Below, one piece after another: positions 53,660 through 64,000 of a DNA stretch of 64,000 nucleotides (position 1 is the stretch's first letter; the number at the start of each line of letters is the position of its first letter). The notes under the pieces were generated by a model. The model saw nothing but the letters and a program-made list of their open reading frames with translations. It searched no databases and was not told the origin of the DNA. Origin of the DNA: TPA_inf: Saccharomyces (taxonomy: Eukaryota). The stretch is from assembly GCA_000146045.2 (NCBI GenBank), contig BK006943.2, forward strand, positions 32,001 to 96,000. Direction: 5' to 3'. A program made the translations under genes and the position numbers.

Positions 53660-55495
53660 ATGGAGATATTCAAGGAAGAAGAAGAAGAAGCTTTTTCGGC
53701 GATAGAAGGTATAATATATGCCTGTGAGGTGTATGACCCTGTACCCCGTCATTTACATAAAAGCAAAACAAAGATCATCAATGCTGCTAAATTAATTATA
53801 GAAACGCATCTTTCATATTATACAATACTCAATAACATTTCAGATATACAAGCCTATCTTTCTACTTGGCTTAGGGATCTTGGAACGACAGGTCCATACC
53901 AAACAATTCTTTCAGAAAGTATTTCTCTCATGTTTGACCGCACTGTATCTATCTTCAGGAAATGTACGATAGAGGGAGGTTTTCCACATTTGATCGCACG
54001 TCTTTATCTCAGATTGAAAAGCTACCAGAAGCTCTTAAACGATGCAGGATTAAAGAATTTTTTTTCAAGCTACGATTATGCTTTCGGGGTTGCATACAAC
54101 CTTGTAAATTGCTCTGAATACAGGTATGACGAAGTTCATTACATATCGAACGGCACTTACTCATTAGTTGCATCGATGAAGATAGATCCTGCTGAAGTCA
54201 TTAAAAGGGAACATTTTAGGCTTACAATTCCGAAATTTAACATATCTAATATATTAATTGAAATTTTTCATTTGCTCGATGGATTAGCATTTTTTAAGGT
54301 GAACCCTGATAGTTTATCTATATCTACAGCTTCAGCAGAAACAATCTTTCGCAGTATCTCCGAAGGTAATCATCAGGTCCTAGAATTGGGGAGAAGTTTA
54401 ATGTTTCCATTGTTGAGGACTGGAGATTTTGAAATCTGTCGTATTGACGACGCGGGAGCTGTCATAACATTTACAGAAGCGAAGGATGTAAAACTAGAAA
54501 TAATCAGTCTGGATGAAGTTTCCTGGGTAATGCAGTGGAAATCTTGTCTTCAAAATTATGAGAGAAGGGCAGCAAATGACAGTTCATTTATCAAAACACA
54601 CCTACAATTTAAGAAGGCCAACAATTTCAATGAAGATAATAATGGGCTAGGACTAATTGTAGACAGAAATATTCCAACAGATGATTTTACGCTAGCTTCT
54701 ACAAACCGTCAAAGTCCCCCGCCTTCAAATACTGGTTGTTCATTACACAGGTCTAAACCCTTGCATATCCCTTTATCATCTGTTATTCGTGAAGACTTTT
54801 ATGATAGCTCTCTAAATGAGCGTATATCTAAAGACGGAGATAGCAGTTGTGAATCCTTCAGTGGCGCCGAAAGTATCTTATCAGACTACGATTTTCATGA
54901 TAATGAATTTTTTAACAACCAGTCACCTCATTATTTTTCAGAACACATAGACAATAACTCGAGAGAGGTGGTAATAACAGATGAAAATACGATAATATCT
55001 TTGGAAAATACCCAAGTAAGTCGGTGGTCAAATTACTCATGGCAAAAAATTTCACCGCATCAATTACAGGTCTCTATTATCCAACTGCGCATGGGAAACT
55101 TCATTGTGGCTTATGATTCTGATTATAACCTTCATCAGTTCAAAATTCGTTTGTGTGACGATATAAAATGTATACAATCCACAGAGCAAGACATACAAAT
55201 ACGTGTCCCGCTCGGCGCAATAATGTGCAGCGTCACTGGTATCTTGAATATTAGGACGAAGGACGCTGACAAGTTGCTTCGGGTATTAAGCTTTTATACC
55301 ACTGACCACACGGAAGCTGTATCGCACTCAAACAATCAAGATGCTACTGCAAGTCCACTTTCGTCAGTTTCATCAGCAATGGATCTCAAGCATTCATTAC
55401 AGAAATGTTCCTCTACAATAATGCCCCAAGAGTTGACGCAGGACGTCATCGGTTCAAAATCAGACCTAATCAGTAATATTCGTCAAAAAATATAA
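53660..55495 (+). CDS. RBH1: Protein of largely unknown function, 611 aa.
   Basis: ORF track. Synteny matches YJL181W. No motif I can assign with confidence. Confidence 0.75.
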
Positions 55496-55582
55496 TCATG
55501 TTTATTTACAGAAATTTTCGAATATATGCTTGTATATATATCATAGAAAAGTAGTAATAGAACAACAATTGAATCAACCATA

Positions 55583-56560
55583 TTATTGCTTAAAAGCAGC
55601 AATCGCAGCAGTATGAATTTTTCTTCTGATGTCTCTTTTGTCAACGTCATGAGTATCTTCAACCTCTCCCCACTTTTCAACTTGGAAGATTGTTTCTAAG
55701 GTGGCGGCACGTACAATATTATCCATATCAGTTTTCAAGGCGGGAATTAAGTTCGCAGTATCTTTTTTATTTTCTAATAATAGCACGCCGCAAATGAAGG
55801 ACTTTGTGGTTAATACAGTTTTTTCAAGAATTGCAAGATCCCATGGTGATAAGCTGCTCATATATTTTTTTGCTGCATTCTTAACGATATCCGACTGCTG
55901 ATTGCCTCGTAACCCATGGATGTCGGCATCTAAAATTTGTAGTCGAATATTAGACTCGGATGAAAAGTTGCGTAAAAACTCTTCCATTCCTTTGATGATG
56001 GGTATATATAACTCATTTTGCGCATTGCGTAATCTTCCTTCAAACTCATTCATAGGGGAAAAGACCAATAAAGTATCGGTATCTAAATATCTTAACAACT
56101 GATTTTTTATAACATCACTGTTGCCTCCAATCTTTGCAACTAATTGAGGGTCACAGCCAGGCTCATTTGTCATTTGTAAATCTATGCATCTTGCCACTAA
56201 TGAAGTTAGTGGCAAAGAGTGAGTTTTGATGGAAAGACTGGATAGGGACGACCACTCCAGTTTTAATAGGTATGCTAAGAGAGACTTTGCATTATCAACT
56301 ATAATTCCATTTCCTAGAGGAGTTTTTATAGTCCTGCCATCTAATTGTAGAGCAATCTTTCCTTTCTCAACATCCCTATTTAGTGACACCTTTTCCCAAA
56401 ACTTCTGTGAAGTTTTGCTCAATCTATTTGTTTCCGTAGGAGTGTTATTCTCAATCGTGTTGTCTGTCCCCAGTGGCTGGGCATTTAATGAGTAGAATCG
56501 GGGCAGTTTCAATCTTATGGAATTCACAATGAAGCATCCCTTCCTTAATGATGGCAGCAT
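55583..56560 (-). CDS. ATP12: Mitochondrial F1-ATPase assembly chaperone, 325 aa.
   Basis: Basic N-terminal presequence. Size and synteny match YJL180C. Confidence 0.85.
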   Translation of the reverse strand: MLPSLRKGCFIVNSIRLKLPRFYSLNAQPLGTDNTIENNTPTETNRLSKTSQKFWEKVSLNRDVEKGKIALQLDGRTIKTPLGNGIIVDNAKSLLAYLLKLEWSSLSSLSIKTHSLPLTSLVARCIDLQMTNEPGCDPQLVAKIGGNSDVIKNQLLRYLDTDTLLVFSPMNEFEGRLRNAQNELYIPIIKGMEEFLRNFSSESNIRLQILDADIHGLRGNQQSDIVKNAAKKYMSSLSPWDLAILEKTVLTTKSFICGVLLLENKKDTANLIPALKTDMDNIVRAATLETIFQVEKWGEVEDTHDVDKRDIRRKIHTAAIAAFKQ

Positions 56561-56786
56561 TCCGTATTCTCTTTTGTAGGGTTTCGTTTGCCTTCAAGTG
56601 TTTTGTTCTTATTTAGCCTTTTCCTTTACCTTAATTTTTTTCTTTTCTCTGAAGAAAATGAATGAGTTTAAAGATATAGCAATTAAAAAGTAACAGTGAA
56701 GAAATTTCTCAGATGAGCAGATGGGAATTAAAGAACTATCTACAGAGCTCTTTACTAAATTGAATCAATAATACATACTTACAAAC

Positions 56787-57116
56787 ATGTCACAGATAGC
56801 ACAAGAAATGACAGTGAGCTTAAGAAACGCCAGGACACAATTGGATATGGTCAATCAGCAGCTAGCATATTTGGACAGACAAGAAAAGCTTGCTGAATTG
56901 ACAAAGAAAGAACTAGAGTCTTATCCAACGGACAAAGTATGGAGATCTTGCGGTAAATCGTTTATCTTACAGGATAAATCCAAATACGTTAATGATTTAT
57001 CACATGACGAAACTGTTCTTCTGGATCAAAGAAAAACATTAAAGATAAAGAAGAACTATTTAGAAACTACTGTTGAAAAAACAATAGACAATCTAAAGGC
57101 ATTGATGAAGAATTAA
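56787..57116 (+). CDS. PFD1: Prefoldin subunit 1, 109 aa, coiled-coil.
   Basis: Small heptad-rich ORF. Synteny matches YJL179W. Confidence 0.85.
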   Translation: MSQIAQEMTVSLRNARTQLDMVNQQLAYLDRQEKLAELTKKELESYPTDKVWRSCGKSFILQDKSKYVNDLSHDETVLLDQRKTLKIKKNYLETTVEKTIDNLKALMKN

Positions 57117-57281
57117 AAGAAAGCGGCAATAGCCTTTCCTTTCTTAGCCGGAAAACTTACTACGGGAACAAGTTTTTTTTATTAGTATAATGTAGATATA
57201 AAAGCTTAGAGTTTATATAAATATAATAAAAGGTTAGCACTGCTGTTGCAAAAATATCGAATTGTAAGCCAGTAAACTTAT

Positions 57282-58097
57282 TTAAACGGCGCTATAACCG
57301 CCTCTTTGGGCGGTACTTCTGCCTAAGATTCTCGAAACCACTTCCTTGCAGAATTCAGGTAAGGAAGTGAGAAATTGAGTAGAACGTTGAATGAACTCAG
57401 CACGGAAATCTTGAAAAGAGCCTCCTCTGGTATTCAAGAATGATACAACCATCAGGTATATCAATGTAAACAGTAGAGCGTATAGGAATAACCAAGTGAA
57501 CCACGAAGTCCCGCCTGCCTTCTTAGCTGGCTTTTTCCCCTCGCTGTCACCATCCTTACCATTATCGCCGTCGCCATTTTTTTTGTCATCATCTTTGCTC
57601 TTCAAACAGCCAGATGGCCCTTTTAGGGTCAATTGGATACTTTTATCGGCCCATGTGTGACTAGTCAGCTCGTCTTGTTTCATATTGTCATTACACTGAA
57701 ATTCTAGTTTTGCGTCAAAAGAATTGGCGCCCCACGTAGCGCCTTTTAGTGTCAATGTAAGCGCACTCTCAGTTTCCTCGACATTGAAGCCAATGTTTTT
57801 GTCAAAATCTATAATTTGAGTGGTGATAGCATCCTTACCGGGCAAGATGACATCTGTTAAACCACATAGCATGTCATTTTTTTTACATTCTTCAGGAGGT
57901 TCTACGTTATGCTCTTCGCAAACGTTTATCCACCACTTTTCAATAGTTGTGCTTGGCGGAGTATCCCTTTCCGTAGAAGTTAGTGAGCTAAATTTTCCCA
58001 CCTGATACTTTTTCAATACATCATGCTTCTCGCAGGACAAGGCCTGTACCACTGTAATTATACTGATGAAGCCACATATCCAAGTCTTCGATACCAT
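57282..58097 (-). CDS. ATG27: Type I membrane protein of the autophagy / Atg9-trafficking pathway, 271 aa.
   Basis: N-terminal signal peptide, lumenal domain with paired Cys residues, single TM (WFTWLFLYALLFTLIYLMVVSFL) and a short cytosolic tail. Synteny matches YJL178C. Confidence 0.85.
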   Translation of the reverse strand: MVSKTWICGFISIITVVQALSCEKHDVLKKYQVGKFSSLTSTERDTPPSTTIEKWWINVCEEHNVEPPEECKKNDMLCGLTDVILPGKDAITTQIIDFDKNIGFNVEETESALTLTLKGATWGANSFDAKLEFQCNDNMKQDELTSHTWADKSIQLTLKGPSGCLKSKDDDKKNGDGDNGKDGDSEGKKPAKKAGGTSWFTWLFLYALLFTLIYLMVVSFLNTRGGSFQDFRAEFIQRSTQFLTSLPEFCKEVVSRILGRSTAQRGGYSAV

Positions 58098-58260
58098 CGT
58101 GAAAGCTTTCCTTACCTTTATCTATCGCATCGATTGAAGATCTCAGATATAAATCTACAGCAGACTAATATGCCACTAACCTCTTGAAAACCCGTCGCTT
58201 ACGAAAAAGAAGGAAGACGGAAAAAGGACGGCATCCTTTTCAATTTGCACCTGGACATTC

Positions 58261-58274
58261 TCACCCATACATGG
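58261..58274 (+). promoter_or_regulatory. Rap1-like site (TCACCCATACATGG) followed by a T-rich tract, about 510 bp upstream of RPL17B.
   Basis: 11 of 14 positions match the RP-promoter Rap1 consensus ACACCCATACATTT. An adjacent poly(dT) run lies at 58282..58293. Confidence 0.45.
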
Positions 58275-58785
58275 CCTTGTTTTTTTTTTAACTGAAACTT
58301 TTTTGGCCGTTTTTGAGGATATGATATTTCTATGTCGGAGAACAAAAGTAGGCGTGGGAAGTGAAGCTCTTTCGCTCTTTCTGTGATGATCTCCTTCCAG
58401 CTAGGCTCGGTTCGACCCTGAGGTCTGCCCCTAGCTCCTTCCTATTCCAAACGGAATACCAAATGTCCAGCCCGTGACAATGCAGCAGGGTGGCTAATTT
58501 TTCATCCAGAGTTTGCAGAATGTTGGTTCTCACAAACTCAGAGAGAATTGGCGGATGATGGGTAACTGTGAGAGGAAGTGTCTGGATTTGATCGTATTTG
58601 TTAAATTCATCAACACCTTTTATGCAGAGGTGTAGTAGTGTAGGTAGCCCTTAGTAATTGGTGTTTATTATTGTCTATATAGAAATTTCTTTTTAGTGTA
58701 GCTTGTACTCTTTCCCTGCATTATTTTTGTTTTATTGACTTTTGTCTTGGTGAATCAAAAAATTAACGAAACGAACAAATTTAAA

Positions 58786-59657
58786 ATGGCAAGATACGGT
58801 GCTACTTCAACCAACCCAGCTAAATCTGCGTCAGCTCGTGGTTCTTATTTGCGTGTTTCTTTCAAGAACACCAGGGAAACTGCTCAAGCCATTAATGGTT
58901 GGGAATTGACTAAGGCTCAAAAATACTTGGACCAAGTTTTGGACCACCAAAGAGCCATCCCATTCAGAAGATTTAACTCCTCTATTGGTAGAACTGCCCA
59001 AGGTAAGGAATTTGGTGTCACCAAGGCTAGATGGCCAGCTAAATCTGTTAAGTTCGTTCAAGGTTTGTTGCAAAACGCCGCTGCCAATGCTGAAGTATGT
59101 TTAAAATGAAAATATGAAAAATAAGATTGAAAAATAATAATGATGTGTTGACGGGAGATGATAAAGTATTAGAATATGTTCATATGTGTTGCATCCTATT
59201 TTCTGCATGAATGCACGATTCGAAAGAGCTAAAATTAACAGTTTTCCAAATGAAAGAGAAAAGAAATAAAGAAGAAATGGGACATGCAAAAAGGAACTAT
59301 GGATACCTATTAAGCGTATAGCATAGTGTTTTCTAATCTTATTTTTTCTTACACTACGACTTTAAAATTTTTACTAACAATGAATTACTATTAATTTTCT
59401 TTTTAAAACAGGCTAAGGGTCTAGATGCTACCAAGTTGTACGTTTCTCACATCCAAGTTAACCAAGCACCAAAGCAAAGAAGAAGAACTTACAGAGCCCA
59501 CGGTAGAATCAACAAGTACGAATCTTCTCCATCTCACATTGAATTGGTTGTTACCGAAAAGGAAGAAGCTGTCGCCAAGGCTGCTGAAAAGAAGGTTGTC
59601 AGATTGACTTCTAGACAAAGAGGTAGAATTGCTGCCCAAAAACGTATCTCTGCTTAA
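58786..59657 (+). CDS. RPL17B: Ribosomal protein L17 (uL22), B copy, 184 aa: join(58786..59094, 59412..59657), with a 317-nt intron.
   Basis: Exon 1 is [103 protein letters not shown]. 5' splice site GTATGT at 59095. Branchpoint TACTAAC near 59372. 3' splice site AACAG ends at 59411. Exon 2 is [81 protein letters not shown]. Confidence 0.92.
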
Positions 59658-60052
59658 ATGCTTTTTTAATTTTAAAATCTTTTAAAGTGAATATTTGATT
59701 TATATACTACTATATACTAATTTGTTTAGGCCAATACACAGAATCAAAATCAAACTAAGAACAACACAGAACAAGAAAAATAACTTTTGATAAAGGCTCT
59801 TTTAAATAAAAAAAATAGAAAAAATAGAAAATAACACAATTATAGATATATATCTACATGTACATAACATGTCTAGTCGAATCTAGAGAAATGGGATAAA
59901 AATCAGAGAGAAGCCAAGTCAAGTGACGCACCATTAAAGAAATGAACCTAGAAGAAAGAAAATAAGCAAAAATATAGAGCGAAACAAAATAGAAAGTGTT
60001 ACTAATGAAGAATAATTACAACAAAAACAAAAATGATCTCCATGTGTCATTG

Positions 60053-62530
60053 TTATGCCGACCAATACCTGTAAAATTGAGGTGCTTCAATAGAAATGGG
60101 TTTGACATCATTCTCGTTAGATATACTTTGGCCATTATGGTTTTCACCTGTTTCAATATTAGGTTTGTTAAATGGATTCTTTCCAATACTTAAAGTTTCA
60201 GGTTTCGATAGCATACTTTTGAAATGGTCTATCTGCGACCTGATTTCCTCCTTCTCCGCCACTGAACTATTATTGATATTGCTGTCGGATATTAAATTCA
60301 AGCATTTGCTTAAAACGTTTACAATCTTGCTGGAGTTTTGGTTGAAGTTCAATCTCTGAATTAGTAAGTTTTCCTGTTGTCTTTCTAGGGTTTTCCTTTC
60401 TAGCTCCATAAATTTTTCTAGTTTCTTTAAATGATTTAATTTAGCGTCCAATTTTTCCATTTGAAGTCTTATTAGCTCGTTAGTCAAAAAATTCATTTGC
60501 CTTTCCTCGTTGGTAGCGAAAATATGACTCCTATAACCCAATGATGATATGGCAATTTCTGAACCTTCTTTAATATGTTCAATTGGCTTTTGGTCAGAGA
60601 TTTCCTCTTTTTGTGATTTTATTGATTCTGCGGACTGAATGGCTCTCTGGGTCATCGACTGTACAGTCTTCGGATTGACCAAACCCACCAAGAATGCTAT
60701 TGTTGATAAAACGGGGTTTTCGCTCTTCGAAAATGGCAAGTGAGGAGCATATTTCAAAGGTCCTAACCCGTTGTCATTATCACCCTTGCCATTGCCGTCA
60801 CCGTATAAAAATTTATCTTCAATGGGCAATTGAAGGAAACGTAAGATACACTGTTCAGGCGACTTATTGCCAACGTTTTTGGCCACTTTGTACCAGTCAG
60901 CGCCGAATTCTTGTATTCCCTTTAATAGCTTTTGCAAATCTTCTTTTGACCAATTTTCATCAATTTGTTCTAGAATTTTGACTTTTTTCAGAGGACGTGA
61001 AGTTTCGCCTTCTTCCAATAGATTGGCATCACCAGTCATGCTTGTTGACGTACTTACTTCATTGTTCATTTTACCACCATTATCATTTTTGTCACCATTT
61101 TCATCATCAGTGGTACTGGGGGGGTGAGTTATTTCATCATATTTTCTTTTGCTTTCTTTCAAATATTTATATAAAGTACTCTCCGAATCACTAGTGTTCA
61201 TCATTTTTTTAAGCTTTGCCATATCCGGCAGTTGTACAGATGGTTTGTAACTTTCGAATGGGAATAGTCCTCTGGGGGCATCATGCCTTGTGGAATATTG
61301 AGACGTTAGTGGGGGTTCGATGTTCTTAGGTAATAGTTTGGAGTCAACCTGATAGTTTATTAGCCCCCATTTTGTTAAGAATTTATGCAATCTGAATAAT
61401 GCAGCAGCATCACCAGAGACGTTTCTCCTCGCCGTAGTGACACTGAAATATTCGTTGGGGTTCAGCCTGTAAGAATTTACCATGAAGTTTCTGTATCTCA
61501 TGTAAACTTCAGGTGTCTTTGATGGAATCCTATTGGTGAAAAATTCAGGTAACGATTGAACTTCAATGGAATGAATTTTTTCTAGATTGAACCATTTAGA
61601 ATAACTTGGAATAACAATTTCATGTGCTTGCGGTATCTCAAAAGTTTCGGGTTCTACTCTGGTGATAGTGGTTTTCTTTGGATTGGCACTTTTGGAGTGA
61701 TCGTTCATGATTTCACGTTCCTGTTCGTTTCTCTCTTCGCCACTATCTACCTTCTTATCTACACTTTCCGTCTTTTCTATGATATCCTCCTGTTCAGCTT
61801 TATGCGCATCTGGAATTTCAGATGGAGTATTAGCAACCGACGAAGTGTTGCCTAGTTGTTTAGACTCACTCTTTGTGTCTCCAAAAATGGAATTATCAGG
61901 ACTAATCATCGGTTGATCGTCATCCTCATCATCTTCTTCCACTTCATCCATTTCCTTTGTGTTCTCATCTGGCTGACTTTCTTCTTTGACACCTTCAATA
62001 ACAGTGTTATTCTCTGGTTCTTCCTCTTTTTGTATTTTGACGTCCTCCATGTTTTTAACGTCACCATTTGAATCCTGTATTGTGCTGTCTTCCTTAATAG
62101 CAGGCTTATTGTTTTCATTGTCTACCGGGTTCGTAGGTATACTAGGAGTGTTTGCCTCATTGTTCGAAACAGAACTCTCGGTTTCGCCAAAGAGATTATC
62201 ACTATCCTCATTATCTTGGCCAAAGACGTTCTGGGCCCTGCTTTCTTCTGTAGAAGGTGTTTCCTGGGAATCTAGCTTATTCGCTTGCATAGTCGGCTGC
62301 TGCTTTGCCGTTACCGTTATCGCCTCACTTTCTGCATCGCGTGTGTTCGGAACAGTTGCTTCATCCTTCAGAGACTCATCTTGTTGCTGCGATTCTTCAC
62401 CAGCAGTATCTGTATTGGCAACCCCTGCCACAGCTGCATTAGCGTTGCTATCACTATTGTTGTCATTGCCATGTTGGTCCACGTCCACGGAAGCGTTTAC
62501 CGTGGACCCCTCACCCAGTGTATTCTCCAT
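60053..62530 (-). CDS. SWI3: SWI/SNF chromatin-remodelling subunit, about 825 aa, with SWIRM, SANT and leucine-zipper regions. The longest ORF starts at 62548.
   Basis: SANT domain (WSKEDLQKLLKGIQEFGADWYKVAKNVGNKSPEQCILRFLQLPIED). C-terminal coiled-coil/leucine zipper. Acidic and Q/N-rich N-terminus. Met at codon 7 (MENTLGEG) gives 825 aa. Synteny matches YJL176C. Confidence 0.88.
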   Translation of the reverse strand: MENTLGEGSTVNASVDVDQHGNDNNSDSNANAAVAGVANTDTAGEESQQQDESLKDEATVPNTRDAESEAITVTAKQQPTMQANKLDSQETPSTEESRAQNVFGQDNEDSDNLFGETESSVSNNEANTPSIPTNPVDNENNKPAIKEDSTIQDSNGDVKNMEDVKIQKEEEPENNTVIEGVKEESQPDENTKEMDEVEEDDEDDDQPMISPDNSIFGDTKSESKQLGNTSSVANTPSEIPDAHKAEQEDIIEKTESVDKKVDSGEERNEQEREIMNDHSKSANPKKTTITRVEPETFEIPQAHEIVIPSYSKWFNLEKIHSIEVQSLPEFFTNRIPSKTPEVYMRYRNFMVNSYRLNPNEYFSVTTARRNVSGDAAALFRLHKFLTKWGLINYQVDSKLLPKNIEPPLTSQYSTRHDAPRGLFPFESYKPSVQLPDMAKLKKMMNTSDSESTLYKYLKESKRKYDEITHPPSTTDDENGDKNDNGGKMNNEVSTSTSMTGDANLLEEGETSRPLKKVKILEQIDENWSKEDLQKLLKGIQEFGADWYKVAKNVGNKSPEQCILRFLQLPIEDKFLYGDGNGKGDNDNGLGPLKYAPHLPFSKSENPVLSTIAFLVGLVNPKTVQSMTQRAIQSAESIKSQKEEISDQKPIEHIKEGSEIAISSLGYRSHIFATNEERQMNFLTNELIRLQMEKLDAKLNHLKKLEKFMELERKTLERQQENLLIQRLNFNQNSSKIVNVLSKCLNLISDSNINNSSVAEKEEIRSQIDHFKSMLSKPETLSIGKNPFNKPNIETGENHNGQSISNENDVKPISIEAPQFYRYWSA

Positions 62531-63091
62531 GCTTGCAAACCGTATCACAATTGGTCTCTGAACGCGCCTCGATGTACCAATATATCGCGCCTTGCATGGC
62601 CTTTACACATTCCTCTTGCGTATCTGATATAGTTTGTTTTCGTCTTTTCGCCAATGGCCTAAACGCCAAACGTCCGGCCTCGTTATTCGTGATGCCTACT
62701 TAATGGCTCTTAAATCGAATTTAAACTAGCTCAAAAGTAATCAATTCAAACTAAAATAACATCATTGGCCATCCTGAATTGTTGGATGCCATCTAAACTG
62801 CGTATTGACCATTATTCCATCGTAACCACGGCGGTTCAATATAATATCACTTTTGACGATTAGGTGTTTTATTTACATTTCTTTTTTTTTTTCCTCGAAA
62901 AAGATCTTCAAGGATAATACAGGAATAGAACAGGAGTCTCAAAGCATTCTTGAAGCCAGATTTGCTCCAGTTTGATAGTTCCAAGAAGCGCTAAAAGTGG
63001 CAGTTCACACTTTGTTTTGATTACTAGGAATCTACTCTTTCGCTTTTTACTTCCTTCTCAGAGAATCAGCAACTGTGACATATTATAGATA

Positions 63092-63922
63092 ATGCGTTTA
63101 CAAAGAAATTCCATCATATGTGCTTTGGTGTTTTTAGTCTCATTTGTGCTGGGAGATGTGAATATTGTTTCCCCCAGCTCCAAGGCAACATTCAGTCCAA
63201 GTGGTGGTACTGTCTCTGTTCCCGTTGAATGGATGGATAATGGGGCATATCCCTCGTTAAGCAAGATTTCAACTTTCACGTTCAGTCTTTGTACTGGTCC
63301 TAATAACAACATTGACTGTGTGGCCGTACTTGCCAGTAAAATTACTCCAAGTGAGCTAACACAAGATGATAAAGTTTACTCTTACACAGCTGAGTTTGCT
63401 TCGACCTTAACTGGGAACGGTCAATATTACATTCAAGTTTTTGCCCAGGTGGACGGTCAAGGTTACACTATCCATTATACACCAAGATTCCAGTTGACTT
63501 CCATGGGCGGTGTTACGGCTTATACATATAGTGCCACAACTGAACCTACTCCCCAGACTTCTATTCAAACAACCACTACAAACAACGCCCAAGCCACTAC
63601 TATTGACAGTCGTTCATTTACTGTTCCGTACACCAAGCAGACTGGTACGTCGCGTTTCGCTCCAATGCAAATGCAGCCAAATACTAAAGTGACCGCTACC
63701 ACATGGACAAGGAAATTTGCCACTAGTGCTGTGACATATTACTCTACCTTTGGGTCATTGCCAGAGCAAGCAACTACGATAACTCCTGGCTGGTCTTATA
63801 CGATATCATCGGGAGTAAACTACGCTACTCCTGCATCTATGCCTTCAGATAATGGTGGTTGGTACAAACCATCCAAGAGATTGTCTTTGTCTGCAAGGAA
63901 AATCAACATGAGAAAAGTATGA
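63092..63922 (+). CDS. KRE9: Secreted, Ser/Thr-rich cell-wall beta-1,6-glucan synthesis protein, 276 aa.
   Basis: N-terminal signal peptide (MRLQRNSIICALVFLVSFVLG). Ser/Thr-rich central region typical of O-mannosylated proteins. Synteny matches YJL174W. Confidence 0.85.
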   Translation: MRLQRNSIICALVFLVSFVLGDVNIVSPSSKATFSPSGGTVSVPVEWMDNGAYPSLSKISTFTFSLCTGPNNNIDCVAVLASKITPSELTQDDKVYSYTAEFASTLTGNGQYYIQVFAQVDGQGYTIHYTPRFQLTSMGGVTAYTYSATTEPTPQTSIQTTTTNNAQATTIDSRSFTVPYTKQTGTSRFAPMQMQPNTKVTATTWTRKFATSAVTYYSTFGSLPEQATTITPGWSYTISSGVNYATPASMPSDNGGWYKPSKRLSLSARKINMRKV

Positions 63923-64000
63923 AAAATAGACGGCTTCTACTATCATCATTACAGTAAGGGTTGAAGTCAGGAAAGGTTAAAAATAAAATAAATATCAAAA

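Noticed and set aside
58388-58445. tRNA-like GGTTCGACCC segment upstream of RPL17B
   Set aside because: It resembles a T-loop, but the surrounding sequence cannot be folded into a cloverleaf. There is no acceptor or anticodon stem, and no A-box at the correct spacing.
1-64000. A novel or undescribed biological system (gene cluster, defence island, CRISPR, biosynthetic cluster)
   Set aside because: The whole window is accounted for by unrelated, individually well-known yeast housekeeping genes in the expected chromosomal order. There is no co-oriented operon-like block, no repeat-spacer array, no foreign-looking composition, and no insertion relative to what I recall of the reference. Calling it novel would be unsupported.

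Overview
The window reads as a gene-dense stretch of the Saccharomyces cerevisiae chromosome X left arm, running from YJL213W to KRE9 (YJL174W). From memory it matches S288C chrX at roughly 32-96 kb; a BLAST would confirm the placement. I can support about 35 protein-coding genes on both strands. Many are recognisable directly from their translations: the OPT1 oligopeptide transporter (NPGPF motif), the PEX2 RING domain, the NUC1 DRGH nuclease, a Zn2Cys6 factor, the RCY1 F-box and CaaX box, the ACO2 aconitase, the PHO90 SPX-transporter, the UBP12 Cys/His boxes, the ELO1 HxxHH motif, the CDC6 Walker A motif, the SWE1 Wee1-type kinase, the SWI3 SANT domain, and the ribosomal proteins S14, S22, L39 and L17. 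Four genes are split, and the ATG-to-stop ORF track misses or fragments all of them, so I reconstructed the splice sites by hand: NCE101, RPS14B, RPL39 and RPL17B. There is one Pol III gene, tRNA-Thr(AGU) on the minus strand. Upstream of it sit an A21 tract and a degenerate Ty1/Ty2 delta solo LTR, the usual Ty landing-zone arrangement. The regulatory signals I can see are MCB (ACGCG) clusters in the CDC6 and SWE1 promoters, Rap1-like sites upstream of the ribosomal-protein genes, and poly(dA:dT) tracts. I do not see evidence for a novel or undescribed system. This is ordinary, well-characterised core yeast chromosome, and the ORF-track entries not assigned to genes are antisense or overlapping ORFs best explained by base composition. 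The observations most worth a second look are listed below. First, the YJL213W reading frame stays open upstream to the window edge and encodes the amidohydrolase HxH motif there. Second, the tiny split genes are invisible to simple ORF finding. Third, RPS14B has an unusual splice architecture. Fourth, an A12 run sits inside the LAA1 coding sequence. Fifth, several genes have in-frame upstream ATGs.
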